From the NCBI GenBank assembly GCA_044892525.1, contig CM097885.1, positions 15,068,001-15,128,000 on the forward strand: a stretch of DNA of 60,000 bases, in the 5' to 3' direction. The stretch is from Schmidtea polychroa (lineage: Eukaryota). The notes beneath the pieces were generated by a model that was not told where the DNA came from, searched no databases, and worked only from the letters and a program-made list of their open reading frames with translations. This document shows, one piece after another, positions 39,666 to 52,780 of this stretch. Every line of letters begins with the position of its first letter. Within the stretch, counting starts at the first letter, position 1. Both the position numbers and the translations under genes were made by a program.

Positions 39666-40669
39666 GACAAATTGATTTGAAAATTATATTCAAATTTAAA
39701 TTTTTATCGGATAATATTTTCTAAGAAATGTCAAATTTAAATATGGCAACTAGATTTATCATCGATTTAAAACAAGTAATAATAAATACATATTTATAAT
39801 AAGATAAAATAAATTATAAATTTGACATATTATGAGAAAAACAGGTATGTGCAGATTGAAAATAATGAGACAAATACTGTAGTGAGCCGTTACACGGCCT
39901 TAACAATATCTATACAAATATTATACTATATTATATTATATTATATATATAAATGGGGATCATTAGCGAATAAGGATCAATCAGAACACAGTTATGGCCA
40001 ATCAAATATCACCTATAATTGCACATTAGCTGGAACATCGCAGTGCAATCTACTAATGCAGTCTACTCATGCAACAGCTAATACTTCTACTTATCAATCA
40101 GGCTCTATTTATCAATCTCAGACGAGTAAAGCAAATTCGATGCCATGTTATTATTATCAAGATTAACTGTATTCGGCCCCCAATAGTTTTAGTGTTGACT
40201 CTCATAGATCAACATCATCATCCATTATAATTCGCGAAATATGTAACAAATCCTAACAATAATATGAACCCGAATAGATTTATTATTCAACCACTACACA
40301 AATCAATTATGGATCCAAGAAATAACGAACAAATAATTTTATTGGGATATCTGAATAAATTGGAAGCTTGATAATTAATTGTTACTTTTTATGATTAGTA
40401 GTGAACAATTAAATACATTTTTTTGGTTAAGCAAAGAATATCGTGTTTTTTTGAGTTATAATAAATAAATCATATATTTATTGATGGATATTAAATCAAA
40501 TCATGTTGTTTTAATTTTTTAAGTAAATACTATTTTTTTTGAATATATTCTTTGTGAGTTGAAATTTAAAAGTGTAACTTCGAGGACAATAAATTATTTT
40601 GTGATTCTAAAATATATCTGTGTTATCCCTTATATATTCAAGATTAACGCATTGTATTATTGTAACAAA

Positions 40670-40885
40670 TGCCAACTTTTCATGCGTCGTTGGAAAAAAA
40701 GGATTAATGAGATTATCGTTTCACCAGTTTTGGTTATCTTCGGCAAAACTACATGTCCCTATTGCTTGAAAATAAAGAAATCATTGCAAGAAGCTAATAT
40801 TAAATATGCTGATGTTCAAATAAATCTTATGGCTAGGAAACCAGATTTGGTTAGAATAATCACCACAAAAACGAATATTATCTAA
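40670..40885 (+). pseudogene. Glutaredoxin-like fragment (CPYC)
   Basis: PVLVIFGKTTCPYCLKIKKSL...IKY; the downstream TVP/GG part is not found in frame. Confidence 0.65.
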
Positions 40886-41961
40886 TAATATATAATGGGG
40901 GGGAGTTCTCAGAAAAAAAATATTTTTAAAATACAAATTAACTAATAAAAATAAATAAATTTATTTGGCAGGTTGAAAACTCGAGTTGTAATTGAAAGAT
41001 AAAATGAGATTAAGCTTCCCTCAAAATCAATAATGTGATTAGTAAAAGCGAGATGTTGGCTACCTAATTATTTTGTTTTTTACAAAAATTGTTTTGACTT
41101 AAGAATGTTGTTTGCATGATCAAATTATTTTGTTTCTGAAAAATTGTAAGATAGAACCTGTTAAGATAAGGGAAAACTTGTAATTAGTCCACATTTTGTT
41201 CGAAAATTGATAAAATGAAAACATTGAAGAGGAAGTTGAAAAAAAGCCAATCAATCTACTGAAGAGTGTCGAACGAGTATATAAAGGCGTTCCCCGTTGG
41301 GATACCTACCTTAAATATATAATAAAATAAAGGAAAATTAATAATCTTTGAAAAGTGTAGATATATCTAATGATTAATTAATGATATTTTGAAAGTAATA
41401 TTAAAATAAATAAATTATTTGAATTTAAATTTTTTTGATTATATGAAACAAAGAAAACAATGATTCAGAGTCGTTACCGTTACGATTTTGCAATAAAATA
41501 ATAAAATACAATCCTTCTTTCAATTACCATAAATGTGTAATTGTTTTAAAAATTATGTCGTTCAGATTAATATTTCAAATATTTTAATTTCGACTAACGT
41601 TCAAATATTTTATTTCATGCTATACAAAATTTTGATTTTTTATCAAAATGAAAATAAAAAGTATTTAACCTTTGGAATCACGGTATCAGAACTCATGGAT
41701 GAAGTTATAAATTCATGAATAAAGGTAGATGAGATTACAAACAAAATTCTAACTGGCGGAATCAAAGTAAGAAAATTAAAAGTTGCATTTACTATAAAAC
41801 TATCAATAACCTCAGAAACCAAAATTTATTAAAAAATGAAATAAAAAGTCAAAACTTAAGTTATTATGATATCAAGAGAGAGCAGTTATGAAGAAGCAAA
41901 GGAATCCAGAAATATTTATTAGGAAAACGAAACGAGTCAATACCAATGCGTCAAGATAGAT

Positions 41962-44601
41962 CAGGGATGGCGAACCTATGGCACGCGTGCCCGAAGTGGC
42001 ACGCAGATAAATTTTCGCTGGCACGTATAATATTTTTCATTTTCATACATATGTAATGTACTGACTAATCCAAATGCATTTTTGATATTGAAAAAATTGT
42101 GAACTCAATTCAAATTTAATGCATAAATTTTGTTATTTAAAAACGAACTTCCAGCTTTCTGGCGCCTTTATTCATAACGTTAAAATATAATTATATTATT
42201 TGCGTATGTAGGTATAGGTATGTACAAGTATGAACATGTAATTTTAAATATAAAAAAAATGTTAAAATGAATATAGTATGCTTTGTATTTTCAAATATAT
42301 ACATACATATATATATATATATATGAATATTTGCATTCTCGCCAAAATTGAAATTCACTAATTCTAATTCAGTTCAGTTAAAAACTTTATAAGTGCGATT
42401 GAAAATTGTGTTTTCTTATTTTAGTATTATTTTTTGCTAATAAAAAAAAATCTATTTATATTTTTAGAAGACAATTATAATTGATTTCAAAAGGTAATTC
42501 ATTAACAATTTTAATGATAAATAAATAATATGTTTCAACTTTAGAATGTCAGAAAATAAGAAAAGGAAAACAGAGGCCAGCTCTAACAGACCATTTCAAT
42601 ATTGGTGGACTGATAAATATGGAATGATGAAAAGCAATAACAATGCCCTGTGTGCGTTGTGTGGAAATACAGTAGTGTGCAGAACATCCTCAGTAAAACG
42701 TCATTATGAAACTACTCATTCATTTCTTTTATCTAAAAGTGATTCAGAACAAAAAGAATATATTGCACGTGAAGTTAAAAATAAAAAATTCCAATCAAAC
42801 TCATTCACTACATTTTTGAAACATACAAATTATTTAGTTGCTGCTAGTTTTGAGGTTTCCAAGACTATTGCTACTCATAGCAAACCATTTAGCGATGGAG
42901 ATTATATTAAAAAAGCTTTCATTAAATGTGCACCACATTTATTTGAAGATTTTCAAAATAAAGAGCAGAGCGCATTGAAGAATTAAGTATAAGTCGAAAT
43001 ACTGTTAAAGACAGGATATTAAAAATGCATAAAAATATTAATATTAAAAAAATAAATGATATACGTTCAGCAAAGCTATTTTCTATATGTCTTGATGAAA
43101 GTACCGACGTAACATCTTCAGCTCGCTTGTCCATAATTGCTCGTTATGCTAAAGGAGAAAAAATAGTTGAGGAATTGCTTTCACTAGTTTCCTTATCAGC
43201 AAAAACAACTGGGAAAGATATTAGTGATGCAGTTATAAAAACGTTTCAAATAGCTGAGATAGATACATCAACAATAGTGTCAATTACAACTGATGGAGCT
43301 CCCTCAATGATAAGACGGCAAGCTGGTTTTGTATCTCTTTTTCAAGAACACGTTGGGCATCCAATTATTAATTTTCATTGTATAATTCATCAAGAAGTTC
43401 TATGTGCGAAGTCTGGATTGGCAGCATTTGATGATATTTTAAGTATTGTTTCCAAAATAATAAATTTTATAGCAGCTCGAGCTTTGAATAAGCGGCAATT
43501 TCAGTTGCTTCTACAAGAGGTAGGTTAAAATTATCATGGATTGTTAATGTTTAATCACGTACGCTGGCTTAGTAGAGGATTTGTGTTACAACGTTTTGTA
43601 GAATGTTTTGATGAAATTATCATGTTTCTTAATGATAAAAAAACCGAATTTCCTGAACTTTTTGATAATAACTGGATCACCAAATTAATGTTTTTAACGG
43701 ATATTTCCAACCATTTAAATGAATTAAATATTAAATTGCAAGGTCCCGGAAAATCAATTGATGTAATGTTCGATATTATTGAAGGTTTTGAGTAGTAATA
43801 TTTAAACGCGATATTGACAACAATAATTTTAAGTATTTTCCTTTGTTGAAAGATCACCTTCAAAAATTTTCTATTCATGGAGTCTATGAAATTAATATAA
43901 ATTTTTATAGCCAAGTTATAAGTGACATACAAGACAATTTTGCTAATAGATTTCAAGATTTCAAAAAATTTCAACCATTAATTAACTTTATTAAATATCC
44001 AGACAAGTTTGATATGGAAACTGCTAAAATTGATCAATTAGACTGGTTACAGTTGGAGAATTTAGAAATGCAGTTGGCAGAGTTTCAATCAAGTTCTATT
44101 TGGAAGCTGAAATTTATAGAGTTAAGGCAAGAAATAGAAAATAATGAAAAAAAAGGTTAAATGAAGAAGAATACGAAAACATGAATAATATGTTGTTGAA
44201 GACATGGTGTTCGCTCCCAGAAACATTTAATGCGATGAAGAAATTGTCTTTAGCTATTCTAACAATATTTTCATCAACGTATAGCTGTGAAAGTCTATTT
44301 TCGATTATGAATAATATAAAATCTGATGTACGAAACAGACTTACCGATGAATGTGGGGAGGCTTGTATTTCATTAAAATTGTCAAACTATGATCCGGATA
44401 TTGATGCATTATCGAGAAATATTCAGCAACAAAAATCCCATTAAAAAACATGTCAGCATATTATAGAAATGAATCTATATATAATTTTTAAAAGCATGTA
44501 TTTTCATTTAATAAAAATAATTTGTATTGGCACGCATGTATTTTCATTTTATAAAAATAATATTTATTGGCACGCAGTCAAAAAAAGGTTCGCCATCCCT
44601 G
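41962..44601 (+). mobile_element. hAT Buster-group transposon, complete ends, disrupted transposase
   Basis: 16-bp TIR CAGGGATGGCGAACCT; 8-bp TSD AGATAGAT; ORF pieces 42546-44444 homologous to 35288-37201. Confidence 0.95.
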
Positions 44602-45282
44602 AGATAGATTATATGATACTTTTGCAGAAATCATGTTCAAAAAGAATGAAACTGGTATATGACTTTAACTATACAAGGATTCAAATGAGATCAAAATAAT
44701 ATATTTTCTCCAATATGGTGAATAGGACTCGCAAGACTTGTTGTTGGATTATTAATATGTATAATCTATGCATTATTTAACAAATATCCGTCAAAATCTG
44801 AGATATCTCTTTCCGACTAAAGGGGGCTCAACTGCATTATTATTATTATTTTCTTTCATTGTAAGATACTACTCATCAGTTGTTTTATTAAACATCGCCA
44901 TTTATTTTACCAATCACATTTTATTTACAATTATTAAATAACAAAATATGGTTAATTTGTCGTAGGTTTTTCAAAAATCCGGATTTTTTACTTTTACAAT
45001 TTAGTTTCTACAAAGTGGTATAAATAAATCGTATTTTTGATTACTTCATAGATATTGTTACTGACATGCTTATGCGTTTATATTGATTTTTTTCTCTCAT
45101 TACGTAGTTTTACTAATAGAAATTTAATAATAATGTTATTTAATTGTAATTAATTATTTGATAATCAGTGTTTTATAATAAATACACTTTTAAAATTATA
45201 TAAATTGAGTTTTTTAAATATTTTAAATATGCGATTGCTTTAGAAGTTTTACAGGAGTACATTTTTATGATTATTTCATCCA

Positions 45283-45830
45283 TTGACAATGGCTGAAAAA
45301 CCTAAGTTACAGACTAAGACGTGCGATGAAAAATGTAAGATCGTTAAGTTTGTTGAAGACCACTCGAATATGGCAAAAAAAGATTTTGCTGCTCTTCATA
45401 ATATGAAACCTGAAACGTTAAACGATGTCTTGAAAAACAAAGAGAAGATAATTCAAACAGTTGAAAGTCCAATCGATGAGATGTCGAACCGTGTCCTTGG
45501 ATAATGTCATTATTTGATTTAGACAATAATGCAACAACCAAATTTACTTATCAATACAGATTTGGTGATTACAAAGCAAATTTCTTTTGTGAAATGTTTG
45601 GCCATTAAAAAACTGTGATTAATGTATGCATTCATAGATTCAAGAAATGAATTACTATAGGAAAAATATAAAAAGCTGATGAGTCAACTCGTGTCTATCT
45701 GTCTGCTGTTCGAGAGTGTAGGAAAGCACATTGAAGGAAATTCTACAAAATTATGATGCAGTGGATATCTAGAATGTCAACAAAACCGGGCTTCCTATGA
45801 ATTTGAACCCAACAATATAATCATACAAGC
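45283..45830 (+). pseudogene. pogo/Tigger transposase fragment (CENP-B-like HTH and start of the DDE domain)
   Basis: KTCDEKCKIVKFVE...ETLNDVLKNKEKI; NYDAVDI*NVNKTGL resembles DIYNxDETGL. Confidence 0.65.
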
Positions 45831-45839
45831 TATCAAGGA

Positions 45840-47900
45840 ATGATTAACGATGTAATAGGTTCTTTGGAACATTTTAATGGAGTGAACATTGATATAATTC
45901 AATGGTTCGGTAAAATTTGAACTATTTCGTCGATTGCTTTAAAAATAATGGAAAAAGAGCTTTGCCTGTCATTATAAAAGCAAGCCCATCGCTACTTTGA
46001 AAGAAGTATTTCAAAAGGAAGAAATATCATATGAAGAAGCAAAAAAGCTCTAATTAGACCATTTATTAATTCTCCAGAAATTTGTTTCAAGAATTTGACA
46101 AGAAACTTATTTCAAATTGGCGAGGAAAATATTCATTTATCAGAGATGAAAAATTTGGCTTACAAATTTGAAGATTTATTGATGAACATCATCATAAATT
46201 CATTACCTGAAGAGATGACATAGAAAGTCAGGCGTCAAGGCGTAATCACAATTGAAGCAATCATATAAATTGATTCAAGAATGAACTTGTCGTCATGAAG
46301 AGCAAATTTTCTTTAAATTCAAAAAGTATAAAATGTTTCATCTGTAATGAAAATTATTTAGCTCTCAGTTGTCAGAATAAAGAAATGATTCGATATCCCA
46401 AACGTGAAGCGATTGGACATCAATCTAAATATTGCAAAGCAGAAAAAGAAAAGAAGATCAAGAGTATTCAAAAGTCTCACTCGGTCCCAAAGAGGTTTTA
46501 AAAGAAAGGGTTCTTCTGCTATATGTATCGGTAAAACAATGAGACGAGTTGTATACAAAATTGTATACACGGGTTGTTCAACTACAATAATACGATGAGA
46601 TTCAATGACATCAGCGAACGTTCGAGTATGTTTGGGGTTCTTCTGAAAGGGTTCTTCTGCTATATGTATCGGTAAAACAATGAGACGAGTTGTATACAAA
46701 ATTGTATACACGGGTTGTTCAACTACAATAATACGAGGAGATTCAATGACATCAGCGAACGTTCCGGTATGTTTAGCAGATGGATCTACACTATTAGTCA
46801 GTCGAGGCAATACTAGAATTAAAAGGAAAGTATTTTATTATTAACTAGTCTGTTTCTAGAAAGATAATATCCAGATGTAATATTAGGCATGAATGCTAAT
46901 ATTGCATTAAGAGGGAAAGTGATAAACGACAAAATGGTGTTCGGCACAATTTTCAATATGTTTTGATCAGGCGAAACAGTTTCAAGACAATATTTAATAT
47001 AGAAAAGAAAGTTTCTTGGAATTGGATCATTGATATTTTCATAGTAATGGCGAACTGATACTCCAAATTAGATCCAAATAAACCAAATATTGTGTATGCA
47101 CTAACAATTATTGAGCGATAGATCAAAATAGTTGGTTCATTGAGTACGACGAAATCTGATTAGGAAACATCATTGATGAAATAGGGTTATTTCCATTCAA
47201 ACTTCAAAAACAAGAGCACTGAATCACTATGTGAACGTTCATAATAAGGAAGCCGTAGTATAAAATGAGATGATAAGAGAATGGATTAAAAAGGAGCTAA
47301 ACGTGGATGATACAAGTAAAATATTAGCCACTGATATAACAAATATTCAATCAAAAGCTATTTGGTTATAAATAAAGAATGAAAGTGAAATTGAAATATG
47401 TAATTAAAGTGTTTTTTGAGAAATTTTGTTAGATAATTATTTATCTTTTAGATCAGAAACAATTTTCTCATTGATGAAAAAATGAAAATCGAGACTGAAT
47501 ACAGATGTGCAAACAGAGCAAATAGGAAAAAGTATTATTGAAAAAAACCACAGAACAAAAAAATAGCTGTTATGCGATCACAATATCAAATTTAGGAAGC
47601 AATTTATTGACATAACAATACTCCAGTGTACGGTTCCGTTAAATCGCCAGCATATCTCATAAATGCATATAAAAAATGGCTTCTATATAAGGAAATAGAC
47701 AATCTACAGCAAAGGAAAGATAATATGTTTCAGGTAAATGATACAGTGTAGTAAAACCTCCTCATAAACAACCATGTACAACATCATGGACCTGAGAAAA
47801 GATTATAAAATTACTATCACCTTACAAAATGTGTTGGTAGATTATGGATAAGCGGCAATTCCACGTCACATAGCAAATTTTAGACGAAAAAATGAAGATT
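45840..47900 (+). mobile_element. Highly decayed Gypsy-like internal region (gag knuckle, protease, integrase remnants)
   Basis: CFICNENYLALSC knuckle remnant; (D/Y)TGCSTTII and PDVILGMN protease motifs; YNNTP. Confidence 0.6.
46504..46774. repeat. 141-bp-period tandem duplication
   Basis: 46504-46633 repeated at 46645-46774. Confidence 0.92.
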
Positions 47901-48600
47901 TCAAGAAGCTCGAAGGAATGTAGAAAGAAAATATTTTTGGTTTAGATAAGACGATATAATTGGATGAGAAATTAAAAAAGGCGTATTTTAATTTTTTAAA
48001 TTATAGATATCATCGTAAAAAATCTTGTAAATCTCTTTCCTTGGTGAGCATACATATGAACGATATTTTAATTTTAATAATATTTCATTTTCTGAAATTT
48101 TTTTTTTCAAATTTGGTGCTTTCTTGTGATATTTCTTTATTAAAGCAAAATTGTCAATGCCTTCGGTTTGACTCAAAATTATCAATGACCAGTCGGATAA
48201 GATTAGATTAAAAAGTACGAATTTTTAACAAGATATTATCTTTGTATTTGCTCTTGTAATATTTTATATGAACATATTAATCAATCCGCAATATAATTAA
48301 AGAAAATTTCTGAATTTTTTATACACCTGAAAATTTTGAAATCATGATAACTTCAGGTAAATTAAATAAACTAACAAAGAAAATAAATATAAAATTAATT
48401 TAATGTATAATCATTATTAAAAATGGACGGAAAAGATTTTGATTTTATTCGACTTAATATAAGATTAAACGCCTCTGAAGCTATAATTTTAATAAATGTA
48501 ATTTGTTTGTTTAAATAACTTAAGTAAATGAAAATATTTTGAAGTCTCTTATTAACAATATTTCGATAATTTAACATTATATATTATCGTTTCCATTTTA

Positions 48601-48813
48601 ATGGAAGAAAACTCATTTATAAATGGAATTTCAGAATGCAAAACTTATGATCAGTTAATAAAATTACTATTACTTGGTGATTCTGGTGTAGGAAAGTCGT
48701 CTCTATTGATCCGGTTTGTTGACAATGTTTTTACAACATCTTATATGTCTACAATTGGAATTGATTTTAAAATTAAAACTATCATTGTCCAAGATAAAAA
48801 AATTAAATTACAG
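48601..48813 (+). CDS. Rab GTPase (Rab8/Rab10/Sec4 group), exon 1
   Basis: [34 protein letters not shown]; donor CAG|GTTAGA. Confidence 0.92.
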
Positions 48814-49379
48814 GTTAGATTTTTAAATTATTTAAATTGTTGTCACTATAATTTGTTATATTAAATTTCGTGGCATTTATGTTTTTCACTAGTTTATTAC
48901 TTTTTTAGTTATTGTAATATAGTTATTTGATACATTCGTATTAAAATATTTGGTACAGTTTCATCTAAATAACAATGAAACAATAAACTAAAAAAATTGC
49001 CACCTGCCTAATGGAAATATGCTGCAGTCAATCCTTCAGCAATAAAATTATAGCTCTAATTACAAGAATATTTAATTTACACAATGAATTTGTTTTCCAA
49101 TAATGTCTTTAATGCGATTTTAAATGCAATTTCTAACGGCACACTCGTTTTTGACCTTAATTGGCTCTTAAAGTGATGATTTATTGAAATAGTTTTCGAT
49201 ATGATTGGTCGGCTCTCACAAATTAATGCATAAAATACATATTGTAAAAACCTTGTATCGTATATAGTCGATGATATCCACTCAGACAGACAAGAAATAT
49301 TTGATCAGAAAACCAATGTTGGCATTTGGAAAGTAAATATTATCATTTTATCACTAATGATGCTGATAAAGGGTTGGTT

Positions 49380-49903
49380 CAGTGGCGTAGCAATAGGTTG
49401 TGCAGGTTGTGCACGGCACAAGGGCCCAGGACGAAAAATTAGTAAAATTTATACGTTCGAGCATTATAAATTCCCCGATTGTCATCAAACCAAGCATCGC
49501 TTTGGCGTTTGTTTTGTTTTTATTAAGACAGCAACCACAGTTTGGACGGTTTATACATTTAATATTATTAGGAATCTATATTGGATATAGTTGTAAACTA
49601 TATCAAATTATGTTTCAATAAATTAGTGACAATAACAACAATTATTGTTCATTATATCATGATGGTACCTGGCATGTGCCCATTCTATATACAGAGAATA
49701 CCGAGAAGTAACAAAATATCCTTTCAACCCAACCCGAAACGCTACTATTTCTGTTTTAAAATGCGCAAATTTACTCAGAGAGTTGCTAATCACCTTCCCC
49801 CAAGCCTGCCTATGGTTTGGTTCCTCGGATCACTTCGTTCGACAAATATTTTGTGCGCCCCAAAATCTGCACAAGGGCCCCAGAAATCCTTGGTACGCCA
49901 CTG
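49380..49903. mobile_element. hAT (Tip100-like) MITE in Rab intron 1, 524 bp
   Basis: TIR CAGTGGCGTA / TACGCCACTG; 8-bp TSD GGTTGGTT. Confidence 0.9.
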
Positions 49904-51388
49904 GGTTGGTTACCTCTCATTTAATAATAATCCGTTATGTATAACCAGTAATTCGGCCCAGCAACGCTTTCGTACATTATCAAATCGAATTCATGTGGAA
50001 ATATAAACTTGATAAACCCAGCGTCGAAATATCGCGAAGCTTATATATTGTTTTTATCAATAATCTTACAAATATTAATATGAAAATTATTGAATTAAAA
50101 TAAAGATCAAAAGTGAAACCACAAGATAAATATGATAATTTTATTGCAGTTCTATTGAAAGTTCTTAAATTAAAAAAATAATGATTGTAAATTTCCATTT
50201 TATTTGCTAATATTAGGGCGATTAGAAATCCCTTTCACAATAAGTTATATTCTTTAAGTTTACTATATGAACCACAGCTAGACTTTTATTCACCAAATTA
50301 ATGTTTTTCAACAGGTAAACAGCAACAAATATAAATTAAATTATACATACAAATATAATAACTTTTTTTCCCAATTTCACCACTGATTATTTATTCCATT
50401 GAATTTATAAAAAATATAGCTTGAAGACTATAAATCAATAATATATCGATGTTTTATGATACTCAATAAACATCGATATATTACTGATTTATAGTCTTCA
50501 CCTTCACTTTTTAAAAAATATATTGATTATAGATATTTATAAATTTATTTTCAAAATATTGTTGGGGTGATTATGACATACTATCTAGTTTCATACTTTT
50601 TGAATATTTGTTTTATCATCTATTAGTATATGTTAAAATTTGTTGCAAAATTAGGAATGCAATTTGGTTTGTGTTGGTATTCCTAAAAAAATCTCAGAAA
50701 GCGTCTTATTTTTCATGAATCATTATTTTTATAATTTCTGTATTATCATATGGATACATAAATATTAATAATCTTTTATTTTTTGAAGTCAAAGTCAACA
50801 TTATGAATTTATTTTCTTACCACCGAGCCTTTTAAAATCAAAAATTATTTCTCAATAAAATATCTTTTTTAACAATTTCTCATTTTATTGTTCACGGATT
50901 TCCCCTAAATATTCTGCCACCATTTATTCCTAATGCATTAAAATCAGTGGTACAAATTTTTGACTACGCTTGTAATAATACAAAACAGGATGACAAATAT
51001 ATAAAATAATGTTATAAATGTGATGTTGAATTGTGAGTAATAGTTGTTTTTACTTTTTTACTACTGTAATTACCTAATTTTGTCCAGGTTATGGCGAAAA
51101 TAAAATGAAATACTTTAAAAATAAAATCTCGAATATATAAGGATTAAAAATGTTTCATCGGAAATGCAATTTTTTGTTTATGTTTCGAATTGTTTATATT
51201 TAAAATAAACAAAAATGAATTGAAAGTTACTGATTTAAATACACTGAAATAATTATGATAATAATAAACGGTGATAAGATAATAATTTTCAAACAACTGA
51301 CTTTAACTATATTTCAATAATTCTTATAATTACGGAAATAGTTGTAATATTTCTATGATAATAATGCAATTGATAGAATTGTATATAG

Positions 51389-51640
51389 ATATGGGATACT
51401 GCTGGTCAGGAGAAATATAACACTATTACCAGGGCATTTTATCGAGGTGCCATGGGTATAATCCTAGTTTATGATGTGACGAATGTTCTTTCATTTCGGA
51501 ACATCACAAAATGGCTTAATCAGCTTGATATACATGGAAACGATAATATTGAAAAAGCCTTGGTAGGGAATAAAATTGATCTGGCTGAACGGCGTGCTGT
51601 TCACTTTGATTTGGGCAAAGGTCTAGCGGATGAGAAACAG
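51389..51640 (+). CDS. Rab GTPase exon 2 (later exons not found in the window)
   Basis: TATAG|ATA acceptor; IWDTAGQEKYNTITRAFYRGAMGIILVYDVT...VGNKIDL; donor CAG|GTAAAT. Confidence 0.92.
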
Positions 51641-52489
51641 GTAAATATTATGAATTTATAGAAAATATTGCATTTCAGCTATTTTTGTACTTTATTTGCA
51701 TTTACAATTCTATTTATGATAAAAAATCTTTTCACCGAATATATCTGGAGTTCTACATGATGTTTATTTATTGGACTCAATTCAATTTTGATATAATATA
51801 AGTATAAAGTTAACTAGATCATTATATAATTCAGGATTAATGGACTAAATAAAACTGCATTTATAACTAGTTTTAAATATGTAAGATGAATACAAAAAAG
51901 TAAAATATATACAAATATTATCAATTTAAAATAACTCTCATTTGAATACGATCTCTGAAACAATTGAGGAAAAGCGGAATTACCCATGACAAGCAACTCG
52001 ATAGAATGAAACCTGTTAAACGGAAGTCGTAGAAATCCAAAATTGTGGAATTCTTCCAACTTCTTGAAAGTGTATATAATATTTGCATCACACATAGAAA
52101 AGTATATACCGAGTACCTACTTACGACTGTATGAGATTATATTCTATTTCCTTTTAATTGTTTATGATCTTAGTTTTTAATTTTTTATCTATCTATTATG
52201 CATTTATTAATGTAATCAATTATAACAATAATATTAATAAATAAATCGATTTCTAAATTATCAAATAAATCCAAAAGAATGAAAGAAAATAATTAGAAAA
52301 TTATTATTATTATTATTAATTTATAACTTTTTGCTGGAATATATATAATTCACTTGAAAAAGACAGTGCCGCAAATTCGTAAATATCAAAAACATCGATG
52401 TATTTACTGATTCATAGTCAAGCTTTTTAATAAATACAATTTCAAAGGAAAAGAAATCAGTGATTAAATTGAAAAAAGTTATTATATAT

Positions 52490-52622
<133 letters not shown>

Positions 52623-52709
52623 ATTGAAAAACTGGTTAATTAAAAGGATTATTAGAATGAATATTTGTGAAAATGGTACACATAGCTGAGGTTTTAGGAT
52701 GGGTTAGAT

Positions 52710-52780
52710 CAGGGGTGGGCAAATACTTTTAAGTGCGGACCAAAATGAAATTTTCAAAATGTCTCCCGGGCCGGAGAACT
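52710..52780. mobile_element. Single hAT (Charlie/Buster-like) terminus
   Basis: CAGGGGTGGGCAAA...GCGGACCA...CGGGCCG preceded by GGTTAGAT (NNNTANNN target pattern). Confidence 0.55.

Noticed and set aside
52350..52405. Decayed hammerhead-like motif (TTGAAAA...AAACATCGATGT)
   Set aside because: Stem II and GAAA are not intact; too degenerate to call
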